A stretch of DNA of 64,000 nt, from the NCBI GenBank assembly GCA_964016885.1, contig OZ024740.1, positions 145,080,001-145,144,000 on the forward strand. Reading direction: 5' to 3'. The notes beneath the pieces are model-generated. The model saw nothing but the letters and a program-made list of their open reading frames with translations. It did not search any database and was not told the origin of the DNA. Source of the DNA: Eledone cirrhosa (taxonomy: Eukaryota). The position numbers and the translations under genes were made by a program. Positions 39,655 through 52,114 of the stretch are shown here, in pieces (the first letter of the stretch is position 1; every line of letters begins with the position of its first letter).

Positions 39655-40185
39655 CAGCATCATCGTTTAACATCCATTGTGAGACAAGCTAGGTATGATG
39701 ACTTGCTCATATAGGACTAGTCTTGGTTTGGTTTCTACGGCTGGATGCCCTTCTTAACGCCAACCACATTTACAGTGTGTGCTGGGTGCTTTTTATTGAG
39801 ACTCCTACATGACCACTTTACATTGTGGATTGGGTGCTTTTTGACATGATACCTACACAAGGTCTTTACAGTGTGGGCTGAGGGTATATATATATATGCG
39901 TACATATACATGTATATATATATGTGTGTATATGTTTTGGCTTGGTTTCTACAGCTGGATGCCCTTCCTAACACCAACTGCATTTACGGTGTGGGCTGGG
40001 GATTTGAGGGGGAATTGGGGAGGAAGATCTAGGGGCATGTGTGAGGGGGTAGGGTGTTCAGGCTCCAGCACCTTTTTATACAGCTGTTATCCTTCATATG
40101 TATCACATGTCCATACCAGGGCATTCTCCTCTCCTGCATGCTGCACCTGATTCCTCTTATACCCAGTTTCTCTCTCAGTTCATTA
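39655..40185 (-). mobile_element. Two RTE 3'-end/RTE-tailed short repeats
   Basis: ttctacagctggatgcccttcctaacaccaac...tttacagtgtg repeated; reverse complement of 13540-13660. Confidence 0.8.
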
Positions 40186-40360
40186 TGCTTTGCCATTCAT
40201 GTATATTATTATTACACAAAATATTTAGACACATGGACAGTGTATTTTATTGGAAATATAGTCATGAAAAAAAGTATAACAAATATTCTGTATGAACTCT
40301 AGTCTACTCAACCATATAACTGAGAAATATGTTTCATGTCTTCTAATTTTAAAATTTCAG

Positions 40361-40436
40361 GAGTGAGAGTGTTGCAGGTAGTGAGGAGACAGTACCACGT
40401 CGCCCTGGCCAGTATACAGAGTCACCACCGCCAGCA
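40361..40436 (+). CDS. tty: Tweety exon J (cytoplasmic tail): LSESVAGSEETVPRRPGQYTESPPPA
   Basis: Acceptor ttttaaaatttcag|g, donor gca|gtaagt; phase 2 to 0 matches exon I; ends in ESPPPA, like the SPPPxY motif of TTYH tails. Confidence 0.78.
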
Positions 40437-41559
40437 GTAAGTAAACTTTATCCATCTTTCTGCCACTAAAGAAATATACCTTGTCTGTTTTTCACCCAGA
40501 CTACCACCACCACCACTACCACCACCACTACTATTGCCATTTCACCCTCACTCTTGATTTTCAAAGTATTTCCTTCATATAACCTCTTTTTTTTGCACAC
40601 ACTGAAAAAAAATGAAAAAATGGTAGAAGAAATATTGGTGCTTAGTTATCCCTTTATCCCTCCCCCTCTCTATATCTTTTGTAGTTTTGGAAACTTAAAC
40701 ATTTTTTTCCTATTTGTGATTTGTCTGCCTTACACATACATACACATAAACATAAACAAAAGAGCGAGACATATAAGTGGTTACATAACCTAGAAATAAC
40801 AGTCCAATTTCTCTCAAATGACATTCTACTCCATTGTCCTTTGTCAAGATTGTCTATCTCTCTTCAGCTACACATTAGAACTCTTGAGAATATATAGTAA
40901 TCTCTAAAGTATACATCGGCTGATTAGCCTTATTTGCATACTGAGTGATTTTATGGCTGATTTTGCTGAAAATAAAAGAACAAAATTAGAATTTGGTTTT
41001 TCGCACTGTTTTTTAGATGCCTATCATCAGAGTTTTAGTGAGTGACAGAAGAGAGATACACAATCTTGACAAAGGGCAATAACCCAATATTGTCGGTTGT
41101 TTCTCTCTTTCACCGCTAGAACAAAAGGATGGCGATGGTCATCTAAAATAGCATAGTGTAATGAGACTGTTAGCTTGCAAACAAATCGAATATTATTATT
41201 ATTCAATATAAAACTCACAAATACATTTATGTACCCACTATGATAGTGAAAAACCAAATTCTTATTTTGGCATTCTACTGTTTTAAGCAGGAAAAATACC
41301 TTAAATAATGTAGTCATAAATATACTACCTGAAAATGAGATGAGATGATCGCAGTGGGAATGCTGTTGATCACAGGCTAACCACTCAGTGCTGACGTGGA
41401 TCTAAGCAATAATCTACACTATATATCAGTAAGAGAAAATATACTAAAGTGAAATGTGAAATTCAATAATTTATTGGATTTATGTAAATTGTCTCTAAAT
41501 TCAAGCATTTACTTTTGATAACTTTTGTTAATGAAATACACAATAAATAAATAAATCTA

Positions 41560-41587
41560 TCTATATGTATATATGTGTGTGTGTGTG

Positions 41588-41628
<41 letters not shown>

Positions 41629-42136
41629 GTGTGTGTGTGTGTGTATGTGTGTGTATATATATATGTGTGTGTGTGTATATGTATATATATATTTATATAT
41701 TTAAGTGTGTATATATTTATATATTTAAGTGTTTATATATTTAAGTGTGTATATATATATATATTTAAGTGTGTATATATATATATTTAAGTGTGTGTGT
41801 GTATATATATATGTGTGTGTATATATGTGTGTGTATATATGTGTGTGTATATATATGTGTGTATATATATGTGTATATATATATGTGTATATATATATGT
41901 GTGTATATATATGTGTGTATATATATGTGTGTATATATATGTGTGTATATATATGTGTGTATATGTATATATAAGTGTATATATATGTGTATATGTATAT
42001 ATAAGTGTATATATATGTGTATATGTATATATAAGTGTGTATATGTATATATTAGTGTGTATATATGTGTATATGTATATATTAGTGTGTATATATGTGT
42101 ATATATATTTATGTGTATATATATTTATATATTTAA

Positions 42137-42175
<39 letters not shown>

Positions 42176-42331
42176 AGTGTGTATATATATATTATGTGTG
42201 TGTATATATATATTATGTGTGTGTGTATATATATATTTAAGTGTGCATATATATATATATATATTTAAGTGTGTATATATATATTTATATGTGTATATAT
42301 ATTTATATATGTGTGTATATTTATATATTTA

Positions 42332-42366
<35 letters not shown>

Positions 42367-42367
42367 C
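41560..42367. repeat. (TA)/(TG) compound microsatellite
   Basis: Dinucleotide repeats with a recurring atttaagtgtgt anchor. Confidence 0.97.
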
Positions 42368-42952
42368 TAGGGCGGGTAAAATTCCCGAGATCCATGGACG
42401 AGTTCTCTCCAGCAGTCTCTGTCCTTCATTATCGCTGCCATGTCTTGCATTTCCAACAGACCAGTGTGTCCTTAGGGCATCAACATACGTTAACCTTGGT
42501 CTTCCTCTTCCAGTGTGTCCATGTAGGGGCTCCCACAGGAGCACTGAGTGCAATGTCGGTGAGCATGTCCAGCTAACCTCAGTCTCGTATGTGTCACTTT
42601 TGAGCTGACTTTTAGGAGGCTCCCATACAGCTCTGAGTTTTTCATCCTCAGTGTATACTGATTAATGTTCAGAGCCATCCTCAGCATTCTCGTGTAGCAC
42701 CCATCCACCATCTGAGTGAGTTTCTTGGTCAGTGTCCAAGTCTCTGATGTCACTCAGGGACAACCAGAACGGCTTCAGAGAGGGAAGATCAACCACCAGT
42801 CACATCCTGATGCTGAGGAGGATATTAGAGGGAGCTAGAGCAAAGTGCCTTCCTGCGGTCATGGTTTTCATTGACTTTAGGAAGGCCTTTGATTCTGTGG
42901 ACCATCACTGTCTGATGAAGATCTTACAGGCTTATGGAATCCCCAAGAAGAT
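42368..42952. mobile_element. RTE-like LINE with 5' inversion
   Basis: 42368-42750 is a minus-strand 3' end (SETWTLT...RLRLAGH...GRGRPRLTYVD). 42752-42950 is a plus-strand RT N-terminal block ([10 protein letters not shown]...[11 protein letters not shown]). Confidence 0.88.
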
Positions 42953-43227
42953 ATATATATATGAATTGACAGTCGATCAACAAGATCCCAGACCTCATTT
43001 GGTTAATGAGTGGGATGGAGCTCGTCAAATCAGACCAAGGAAACAATTTCTCCGTTGGTCTTTCCAATTGCTAATACTCTCTGTCGGTCGCAAATCCAGG
43101 CAGAAGGAGCATCATAAAATAAAGTGTCTTGCTCAAGGACATAACGCATTGCCCGGTCTGGGAGTCAAAATCACAATCTCACGATTGCGAATCCAATTCT
43201 CTAACCACTCAGCCATGCGCTTTCACA

Positions 43228-43252
43228 ATATATATGTATATTTATATATATT

Positions 43253-43309
<57 letters not shown>

Positions 43310-43342
43310 TTATATATGTATATTTATATATGTATATATATA

Positions 43343-43407
<65 letters not shown>

Positions 43408-43570
43408 ATATATGTGTGTGTGTGTGTATATATGTGTGTGTGTGTGTGTATATATGTGTGTGTGTGTATATATATGTGTGTGTGTGTATATATGTGTGTG
43501 TGTATATATATATATGTATGTGTGTATATATATGTGTGTGTGTATATATATATGTGTGTGTGTGTATATA

Positions 43571-43611
<41 letters not shown>

Positions 43612-43901
43612 GTGCGTGTATATATATATGTATATTTATATATATATATATATATGTGCGTGTATATATATATGTATATTTATATATATATATATGTGCG
43701 TGTATATATATATGTATATTTATATATATATATATATATATGTGCGTGTATATGTATATTTATTTATATATATATATATATATATGTGCGTGTATATATA
43801 TATGTATATTTATATATATATATATATATATATGTGCGTGTATATATATATGTATATTTATATATATATATATATATATATATGTGCGTGTATATATATA
43901 T

Positions 43902-43940
<39 letters not shown>

Positions 43941-44158
43941 CGTGTATATATATATGTATATTTATATATATATATATATATATGTGCATGTATATATATA
44001 TGTATATTTATATATATATATATGTGCGTGTATATGTATATTTATTTATATATATATATATGTATATTTATATATATATATATGTGCGTGTATATGTATA
44101 TTTATTTATATATATATATATGTATATTTATATATATATATATGTGCGTGTATATGTA

Positions 44159-44202
<44 letters not shown>

Positions 44203-44282
44203 CGTGTGTATATATATGTATATTTATATATATTCATGTGGATATATATATATATATATAGATGTGTGTATATATATGTATA

Positions 44283-44341
<59 letters not shown>

Positions 44342-44420
44342 GTGGATATATATATATATGTGTGTGTGTGTATATATGTATATTTATATACGCATATGTA
44401 TTTATATATATATGTATATA
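43228..44420. repeat. (TA)/(TG) compound microsatellite with higher-order unit
   Basis: gtgcgtg(ta)ntgtatatt(ta)n units repeated many times. Confidence 0.97.
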
Positions 44421-44421
44421 C

Positions 44422-44912
44422 GGCATGACAGGCCTTGACTATTGGGGCCGACTAGAAAAGCTGAAACTTTACTCTCTCCAATGCTGCCATGAATGCTTCA
44501 TTATGTGCATGATGGGGAAAATATTCCATCAGCATTGCCCAAATGATATTGGTATCATTTTTAAAATACATTTAACGCTTGTGCCTCATGGTATCCGCTC
44601 ACAACAAAAATCAAACTCGCATCTCATAACAATATTATGGCAGAATTTTTTCACATCAACTGGCCCCGCTATCTTTAACATTACACCAAAACACAATAAA
44701 ACAGAAACAGATCCCATAAAATTCAAAAAGTCTTTGGACAAATTCCTCCAAGAAATCCCAGATAAACCTCCTACACCTGGATATGTCTCCGTAAACAATA
44801 ACTCTCTAATTGTGGGCCATGGTGTCCAAATCCTGATTTGAAAGACTTCGCCAGGTGGTGCTATTAAGGTAGATATGGCCTGGGTCAATACTGGCCAAAA
44901 CCTATCAAAGTT
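44422..44912 (+). mobile_element. CR1-like LINE 3' end
   Basis: [16 protein letters not shown]...[16 protein letters not shown]. Confidence 0.88.
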
Positions 44913-44931
44913 ATATATATCTAATATAGAA

Positions 44932-44986
44932 ATGGTTTCTACAGGACTAGAACTGTTTCATTCGGGAGAAATCATCAGGAAGCTAT
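44932..44986 (-). ncRNA. Type I hammerhead-ribozyme-like motif (mutated stems)
   Basis: Minus strand reads atagcttc-CTGATGA-tttctcccgaat-GAAA-cagttctagtcctg-TA-gaaaccat; core intact, stems I-III recognisable. Confidence 0.6.
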
Positions 44987-45117
44987 GTACTGAGTACCTT
45001 ACTTACTGTGGTTACTCCCGATTAATAAGCAGGGAAATGTGGACGTAAAATGATGATGATGATATATAATGTGTGTGTGTATATATATTTGTGTATGTAT
45101 ATATATATATATATATA

Positions 45118-45230
45118 TAGCAAAAGAGTCGGGACCCCAACAGCTGAGCTCCTGTCGTTTCAACAGCTAGTTCAGAACTAGCTGCCGAAACGGCCGGAGC
45201 TCAGCCGTCGGGGTCCTGACTCTTTTCCTA
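45118..45230. repeat. 113-bp inverted repeat (56-bp arms, 1-nt spacer)
   Basis: Arms match at 48 of 56 positions by manual alignment. Confidence 0.95.
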
Positions 45231-45303
45231 TTACCCACTCTACTACCCATAGTATCGAGTACTCTGCGTTATGGTCCACCTGGTTCCTTACCACACTTCC
45301 TTC

Positions 45304-45358
<55 letters not shown>

Positions 45359-45835
45359 CACATACACACACACATATATACATTCACATGTATATGTGAA
45401 TGTAGAAAATATGTGTAGGTGTGAGAAAGTAAAACAGTGTTCAATCAGGGATATGAGCTGCTAAATCATATTATTTATTAAGTTCATACATGGAACAAAA
45501 GGATTCAAGGCCCAATATTGACCATATCTCTAGATTGTAAGAGGGATCAAAATTGTGACCTAATCTTCAGGTGCTTTAGCAATGTAGATATTTATATACA
45601 TGTGTGTGTATATATATTATTATTATTATTTATTTTGAGGGCGGTGGATTGGCAGTATCGGTGGAGGGTCGGACGCCCTGCTTTCCAGCATAGTTACGTC
45701 CCTTTATGATCCGAGTTCAAATCCCGCCGAGGTTGACTTTGCCTTTCATCCTTACGGGGTCGATAAAATAAAGTACCAGTAATGCACTGGGTAATTGCTG
45801 GCCTTGTGTCTACAGTAGAAACAATTATTATTATT

Positions 45836-46152
45836 TATTTTACGTCCGCTTTTCCCTGCTTGCAAGGGTGGGATGGGAACTGATTCTAGCTTGATTTCTA
45901 CAGCTGGATGCCCTTCCTAACACCAACCTCATTTACAGTGAGTGCTGGGTGCTTTTTTGCCGTGGCACCTCCACGACCACTTTGCAGTGGAATGATAGGG
46001 ACCCCAGTCCCTATCATCTCATTTCCTCAGCTGAGTAAACTGGAGCAATGTGAAATAAAGTGTTTTGCTCAAGGAAACAACACACCACCCGGTCTGAGAA
46101 TTGAACTCACAACCTTTCGATTGCAAGGCCAATGCTCTAACCACTAAGCCAT
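45836..46152 (-). mobile_element. Composite SINE-like repeat, copy 1
   Basis: Near-identical to 56757-57060; on the minus strand a tRNA-like head (tggcttagtggttagagc...gagttcaattc) and an RTE-type tail. Confidence 0.8.
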
Positions 46153-46601
46153 GTGCCTCCATTATATGTGTATATATACATACATACATACATACATACA
46201 TACATGTTTATGTATTTTTTGCAAAATTCTTTATGCGAAATCATGTGTTGAGACAGATATTGTTATATTTGGGGATGGTCATGTTGCCAATATTGTAAAA
46301 CACACACACACACACACTATCTGATTTTCTCTTCAGTTATTAGTTTATCAAAGTTCTTTTGCCACACATTCTGTGACCTCCTCAATGACTATTTGTTTTA
46401 CTCTGTGACTCCTCTTTCTGGTTTTATTTTGTTTACTCCATCTTGACAAGATATATGTATGTATATATATATATATAGTAATATATATATATACACACAC
46501 ATATATACATACATATATATATACATACATTCATATACATATACACACACATGCACACCCACATATATATATATGTATTTAACATGAATAATTGTGAGAT
46601 A

Positions 46602-47495
46602 TGTAATAAAAGATAAGAACTTCAGAAATCCGGTACAATGCAGTAGAATTACATAAAGGTGGTATTGGGTTAAAGGATGACAAATAAAACAAAAACAATT
46701 TTTTTAAAAAGATTTTCAAGACAAAAACCTTCTTTTCAAATAGAAAACGAAAAATGATGCATCCTTCTCTAATAGATCTTTTCTATGTTGTGTGTGTGGA
46801 TTGCACATACATGGAGCAGTCATAAATTCCACTCTGCTCGATGTAGCTCCATTCTGTTGTTCATTAGTGGTTTCTATGTAATCAATGCTGCCTCAATCCT
46901 TAAATTACCCACATTCCTCTCCATTGCCTCTATGGTGACATCAATGTCTTGCTTGTGCCATTTATCAAGATGTTTTTTGGCAGAGGAAGCACTTGTCATC
47001 ATGTGTTCCTTGATCTGTATGTGTAGCATCCAAACAGTAGTTCCATTGTATGAGAAACCACATCATCTGCATGTAACTCTGTAGACAATATAAGTTCTCA
47101 TGCATACTTTGTGTTGTTGATGGGACTTAGGAAATGTGCATATATCGTTGTATGCAGGTCAGGGTTTGCCACTTGTATGTATGGACCCCTCCCTACAGAT
47201 AGCTTGTCAGATGTCAGCAGTTGTCCTCTCAATGAGGTGGTGCCTTGGCATTTTGATGTTTGGTGAGAGAAATCGGGTAGCCATTTTTGATAACTCTTTG
47301 GAATTCTTCTATACTGGTGTATTTACGCTACCCTTGCTGTATCCATTACATAACTAGATCTCATTCTGTACATATGCCATTTTGGCTCTGTAGGGAAGGT
47401 CAGAATCATGGTGTACAAGTAAGTTCCTGCAGGCTTCCTTCCTGTAAAATTTGTAATAGATACCCTTTTAACTTAGACATAATTTCTGCCATCTA
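46602..47495 (-). mobile_element. Penelope-like element 3' fragment (thumb plus GIY-YIG remnant and flanking repeat)
   Basis: Similar to 32100-32900 (shared tcaagatgttttttg, ccttgatctgtatgtgtagc, cttcctgtaaaattt). Confidence 0.7.
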
Positions 47496-48090
47496 GGCAA
47501 CGTAATTAGCAATGGTGATAGTGCTCAGAGAGCATAATAGCTAGAATAAGGATAGGACGGAAAAAGTTCAGAGAGCTTCTCCCACTGCTGACAACAAAAG
47601 GTTTCTCCCTACATACAAAAGGAAGGCTGTATAATGCCTGTGTGCGAAGTGTGATGCCGCATGGTAGTGAAACATGAGCTTTGACCGCAGAGGACATGCA
47701 CAGACTGGAGAGAAATGAAGCAACCATGCTTTGTTGGATGTGCAATGTAAACGTGAGAAAAAAGCAGAACTTAGATAAGTTGAAGGAGAAAAGCTGGATT
47801 TAAGAGGAATTCGAGGTAGTGTGCAGGAGAGACGACTGCATTGGTTTGGACTTGTAATGCCCATGGACAATAATCGCTAGGTGAAGAAGTACCAGTGGAA
47901 GGAAGTCGCAGTAGAGGTAGACCAAGAAAGTCCTGGGCAGAGGATGGGAGAGCTGACCTCAAATCACTGAAACTAACAGAGATGATGACAAAGGATCACA
48001 ACATGTGGGGAGATGCCGTGCTGAGAAGGACCCGTCTGCTTTTCCAAGCATGGAAAAGAGGACATAAAAACGCAGACAATGATGATGTAG
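47495..48090 (+). mobile_element. RTE LINE 3' fragment
   Basis: KFRELLPLLTTKGFSLHTKGRLYNACVRSVMPHGSET...RRLHWFG...RGRPRKSW. Confidence 0.9.
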
Positions 48091-48412
48091 TTTCTCTTTA
48101 CATTCATTTGTAAAAACGGTTTTTACCTTGAAATATACTGGGGAAAAATAAACATTATTTTATTTTGTTTCATTTGTCAGCCTTTACCCAAATATTCCCT
48201 TTATATATATATATTTCTACCTCATTGTACCAGCTTTCTGAAGTTCTTATCGTTTATTACACACACACACACAAATATTTAATAGGGTGTATATGGAAGC
48301 ACATATTATGTTTGTATACCATAAATATATTGGTATCCTTGCTATCAAAGAAAATATATTTTTACATAACGAAAAAATATTTTTTCTCTGTGAACACATT
48401 ACAGCGTGTCAG

Positions 48413-48481
48413 TATCAGTTGAGAATGCCAGACAGTGATGTTTCAAGATTTCTTAATTTTTCATCAGTGACAATCACTTAA
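48413..48481 (+). CDS. tty: Candidate terminal Tweety exon: YQLRMPDSDVSRFLNFSSVTIT*
   Basis: The AG at 48411-48412 is followed by TAT in phase 0, completing PPPA|Y; pyrimidine tract at about 48379-48390. A competing AG lies 8 nt upstream and there is no homology support beyond the Tyr. Confidence 0.3.
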   Translation, partial: YQLRMPDSDVSRFLNFSSVTIT

Positions 48482-48932
48482 CTGGTACTGACATGGAAAT
48501 AGACTAGAGTTTACATAGATTTTGTGTGCTGAACATTTGCTGGAGATGTGCATTTGCATATTGAAGAGACATGAACAAAACACTGGGAAAACACATTGTC
48601 CATTTTATTGAGCTTCAGTTTCTAAAAGCAGTGACTTACTCTGTGGTGGTAGATGCTTACAGCTTGTCAGACTGGGCTATGAATTACACAGTCTAGAAAA
48701 CTAGAGTTCTGGAATATATAATACTAGTTGGTTGTTATCTACATCTATCACTTGCATGAGTCTCTGGCAGATGAATATATCAATTGATATTATCATACAA
48801 GACTTAATTGCTGTTAATGGAAAACCTGAGAAGGAATATAATCTATTATTGTTGAGTATCTATTTATTTTGATCCAAAGACCCAGTTTTCATTTATATGA
48901 CAGTGGTTGTTATGATAATAATGAAAAATGTA

Positions 48933-50093
48933 CCGTATATACTCGCGTATAAGTCGCCCGGCAGATAAGTCGCATACTCACTTTTCATTTAACAAATAGG
49001 CTATTTGCCATTAACTCGCAGATAGGTCGCACTGAAATTTGGGCCGTCAAACTACTATTTTTTATGATAATTAAAACTAATAATCTGTTAGCTTTCCATT
49101 ACTTCGCCGTTGCGATATATACTCCAAACCATGTTTTATTTATAAAATAAACATTAACGTCATCAAAATCTCGTCAATTCGAGATTACTGCGAGATAAAT
49201 CCTTTAAGCGCAAAAATTAACTCTTATTAAGAGTTAATTTTTGCGCTTAAAGGATTTATAGTGAAACAACTTGAAATAACACGTGTTTTTTAACGTTGAA
49301 AGTATAACAGATTTTTGCGTATACCGACTTTGAAGGTTTTACATGCGACGACATTCGAAATGAAAAAGAAACACAAGAAAATATTAGTGATTTATCTTCA
49401 AATGAATCAGACGTATTTATTTCTGATGATGATAGTTACTTTGAAAGTGAAAGCGAAGATCTGACTGACACCATTGAAAATATTACAGCAACGTGGTTGA
49501 AAGATACAACACCAATACATGTTAATGAACTTATATATTGGGAACATTCTGTTACGTAAATTTACACTGTACATTGTGTAAGAGTACATTGCAAATATTA
49601 TTTTGACTGGTGAAAAGGTTTTATACATTTTTTTCAATGAAAATATTTGCCTGGAATGTAGAGAAAGACTGTACTGATTATATCTGTATTTTTAATTAAT
49701 TCACCACATGCAATAATCTGTTTCCTGTTAAAGTAAATACGTCACAATACGTGTTCATAGCAACGCTAAGACAATGAATTCACATTTTAAATACCGGGTA
49801 TGCATTTCTATGGATTTTAATGACGGATGGTTCGGTCAGATAGAAAAAAACGTAAACACTACGAAGTTTTAGTAAAAAATTTAAAATCAAGAAATATATG
49901 TATAAGAAGGTAGATATATGAAATTATGTTAAATAATAAAAAAAAAATTAACAAATTTATTTTTATAAATACCCATCGTTGATTAAGTCTGAAAAATCAT
50001 TGGTCAGTCTGATGTCGATCGGATAGGTCGCACCCCAAAAATTTATACTTATTTATCGTTAAAAAAGTGCGACCTATACGCGAGTATATACGG
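48933..50093. mobile_element. Non-autonomous Tc1/mariner-superfamily (Tc2/pogo-type) DNA transposon, 1161 bp
   Basis: TIRs CCGTATATACTCGCGTATAAGTCGC / GCGACCTATACGCGAGTATATACGG (1 mismatch in 25); TA target duplication at 48931-48932 and 50094-50095; subterminal GATARGTCGC repeats. Confidence 0.92.
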
Positions 50094-50409
50094 TATATAA
50101 TATTAGAAATTATAATATAGCTCTACTGTAGGCAATATAGAGAACTTTAAAATCTGTGATATATTCACTTTGTAACCACGTGGCTGTGGGTTCAATTGTA
50201 CTGCGTGGCACTTTCGGCAAGTGTCTTCTTCCATACTTTTGGGTTGACCGATGCCTTGTGAGTGAAATTTGGTAGACGGAAACTGCAGAAGCCCGTCGTA
50301 TGTGTATATATGTATGTATGTGTATATCTTTTGCAGGCATATATCATTAAAAACTGTAAATATTGGTAAGATAACCAATAAACTGGTGCTTTCAAATGAA
50401 AATCTCTTA

Positions 50410-50488
50410 TGATATTTGCTCTGCCTGAGTTTCACAGTAAATCCCTTGTGATATTTGCTCTGCTTGAGTTTCACAGACAATCCCTTGT
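50410..50488. repeat. 39-bp tandem duplication
   Basis: tgatatttgctctgcYtgagtttcacag..aatcccttg occurs twice. Confidence 0.85.
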
Positions 50489-50851
50489 CACTCTTGCCAT
50501 CATAAATGCAATGAACCAGTGATTGGCCTGTTGGAAACCTATAACTAACAAAGCTAATTTTCACAAAATGTAATATAAAATCAATAAATAAAAATAAATA
50601 AATATATATATATACATATATATATAAAAATACATTGGGTCTATTTAACCAAATTTCTTACATACTCTCTACCTCATATATTAGTGCCATACTACAGATC
50701 AGCTTTTAGAATTCATCATTTCTGCAAGACATCCAGATAGTTTGGTAAATATGGTGAAGAAGTCTTCATATTTCACTGTATAATTTATGTCATTGGTGTG
50801 AGGCACACATTCCATTGCTGCTTGTGATAGCTTGCTATATAAATTTTAATT

Positions 50852-51729
<878 letters not shown>

Positions 51730-52070
51730 ACACTTTGAATGCACAGTAGGTGTTAAATAGTTTTGTCTTGCAAACTATTTCAGTGTGATTGCATGTTTTG
51801 ATATATTTGACATTTGCCATATTATTATTATTTTTTTTTTCATAATTATTTTCTTGTTATTGTCACATGTTTAGTTCTTTGAACTGTAAGCACCTCCAGT
51901 GTGAACAGCTGCTGATGGCAAAAATCAAGGATTTGTATGTTTGCTTATCTTCCTTCTTGACTGACTGAAATCTATTCACAGCTTAAATCTCTCTATCAGT
52001 GCCAAATGTCATCATTGTTGAAATAATGAAAGAATATACTAAACATTATATATTTTAATATTTTGTCTTG

Positions 52071-52114
<44 letters not shown>

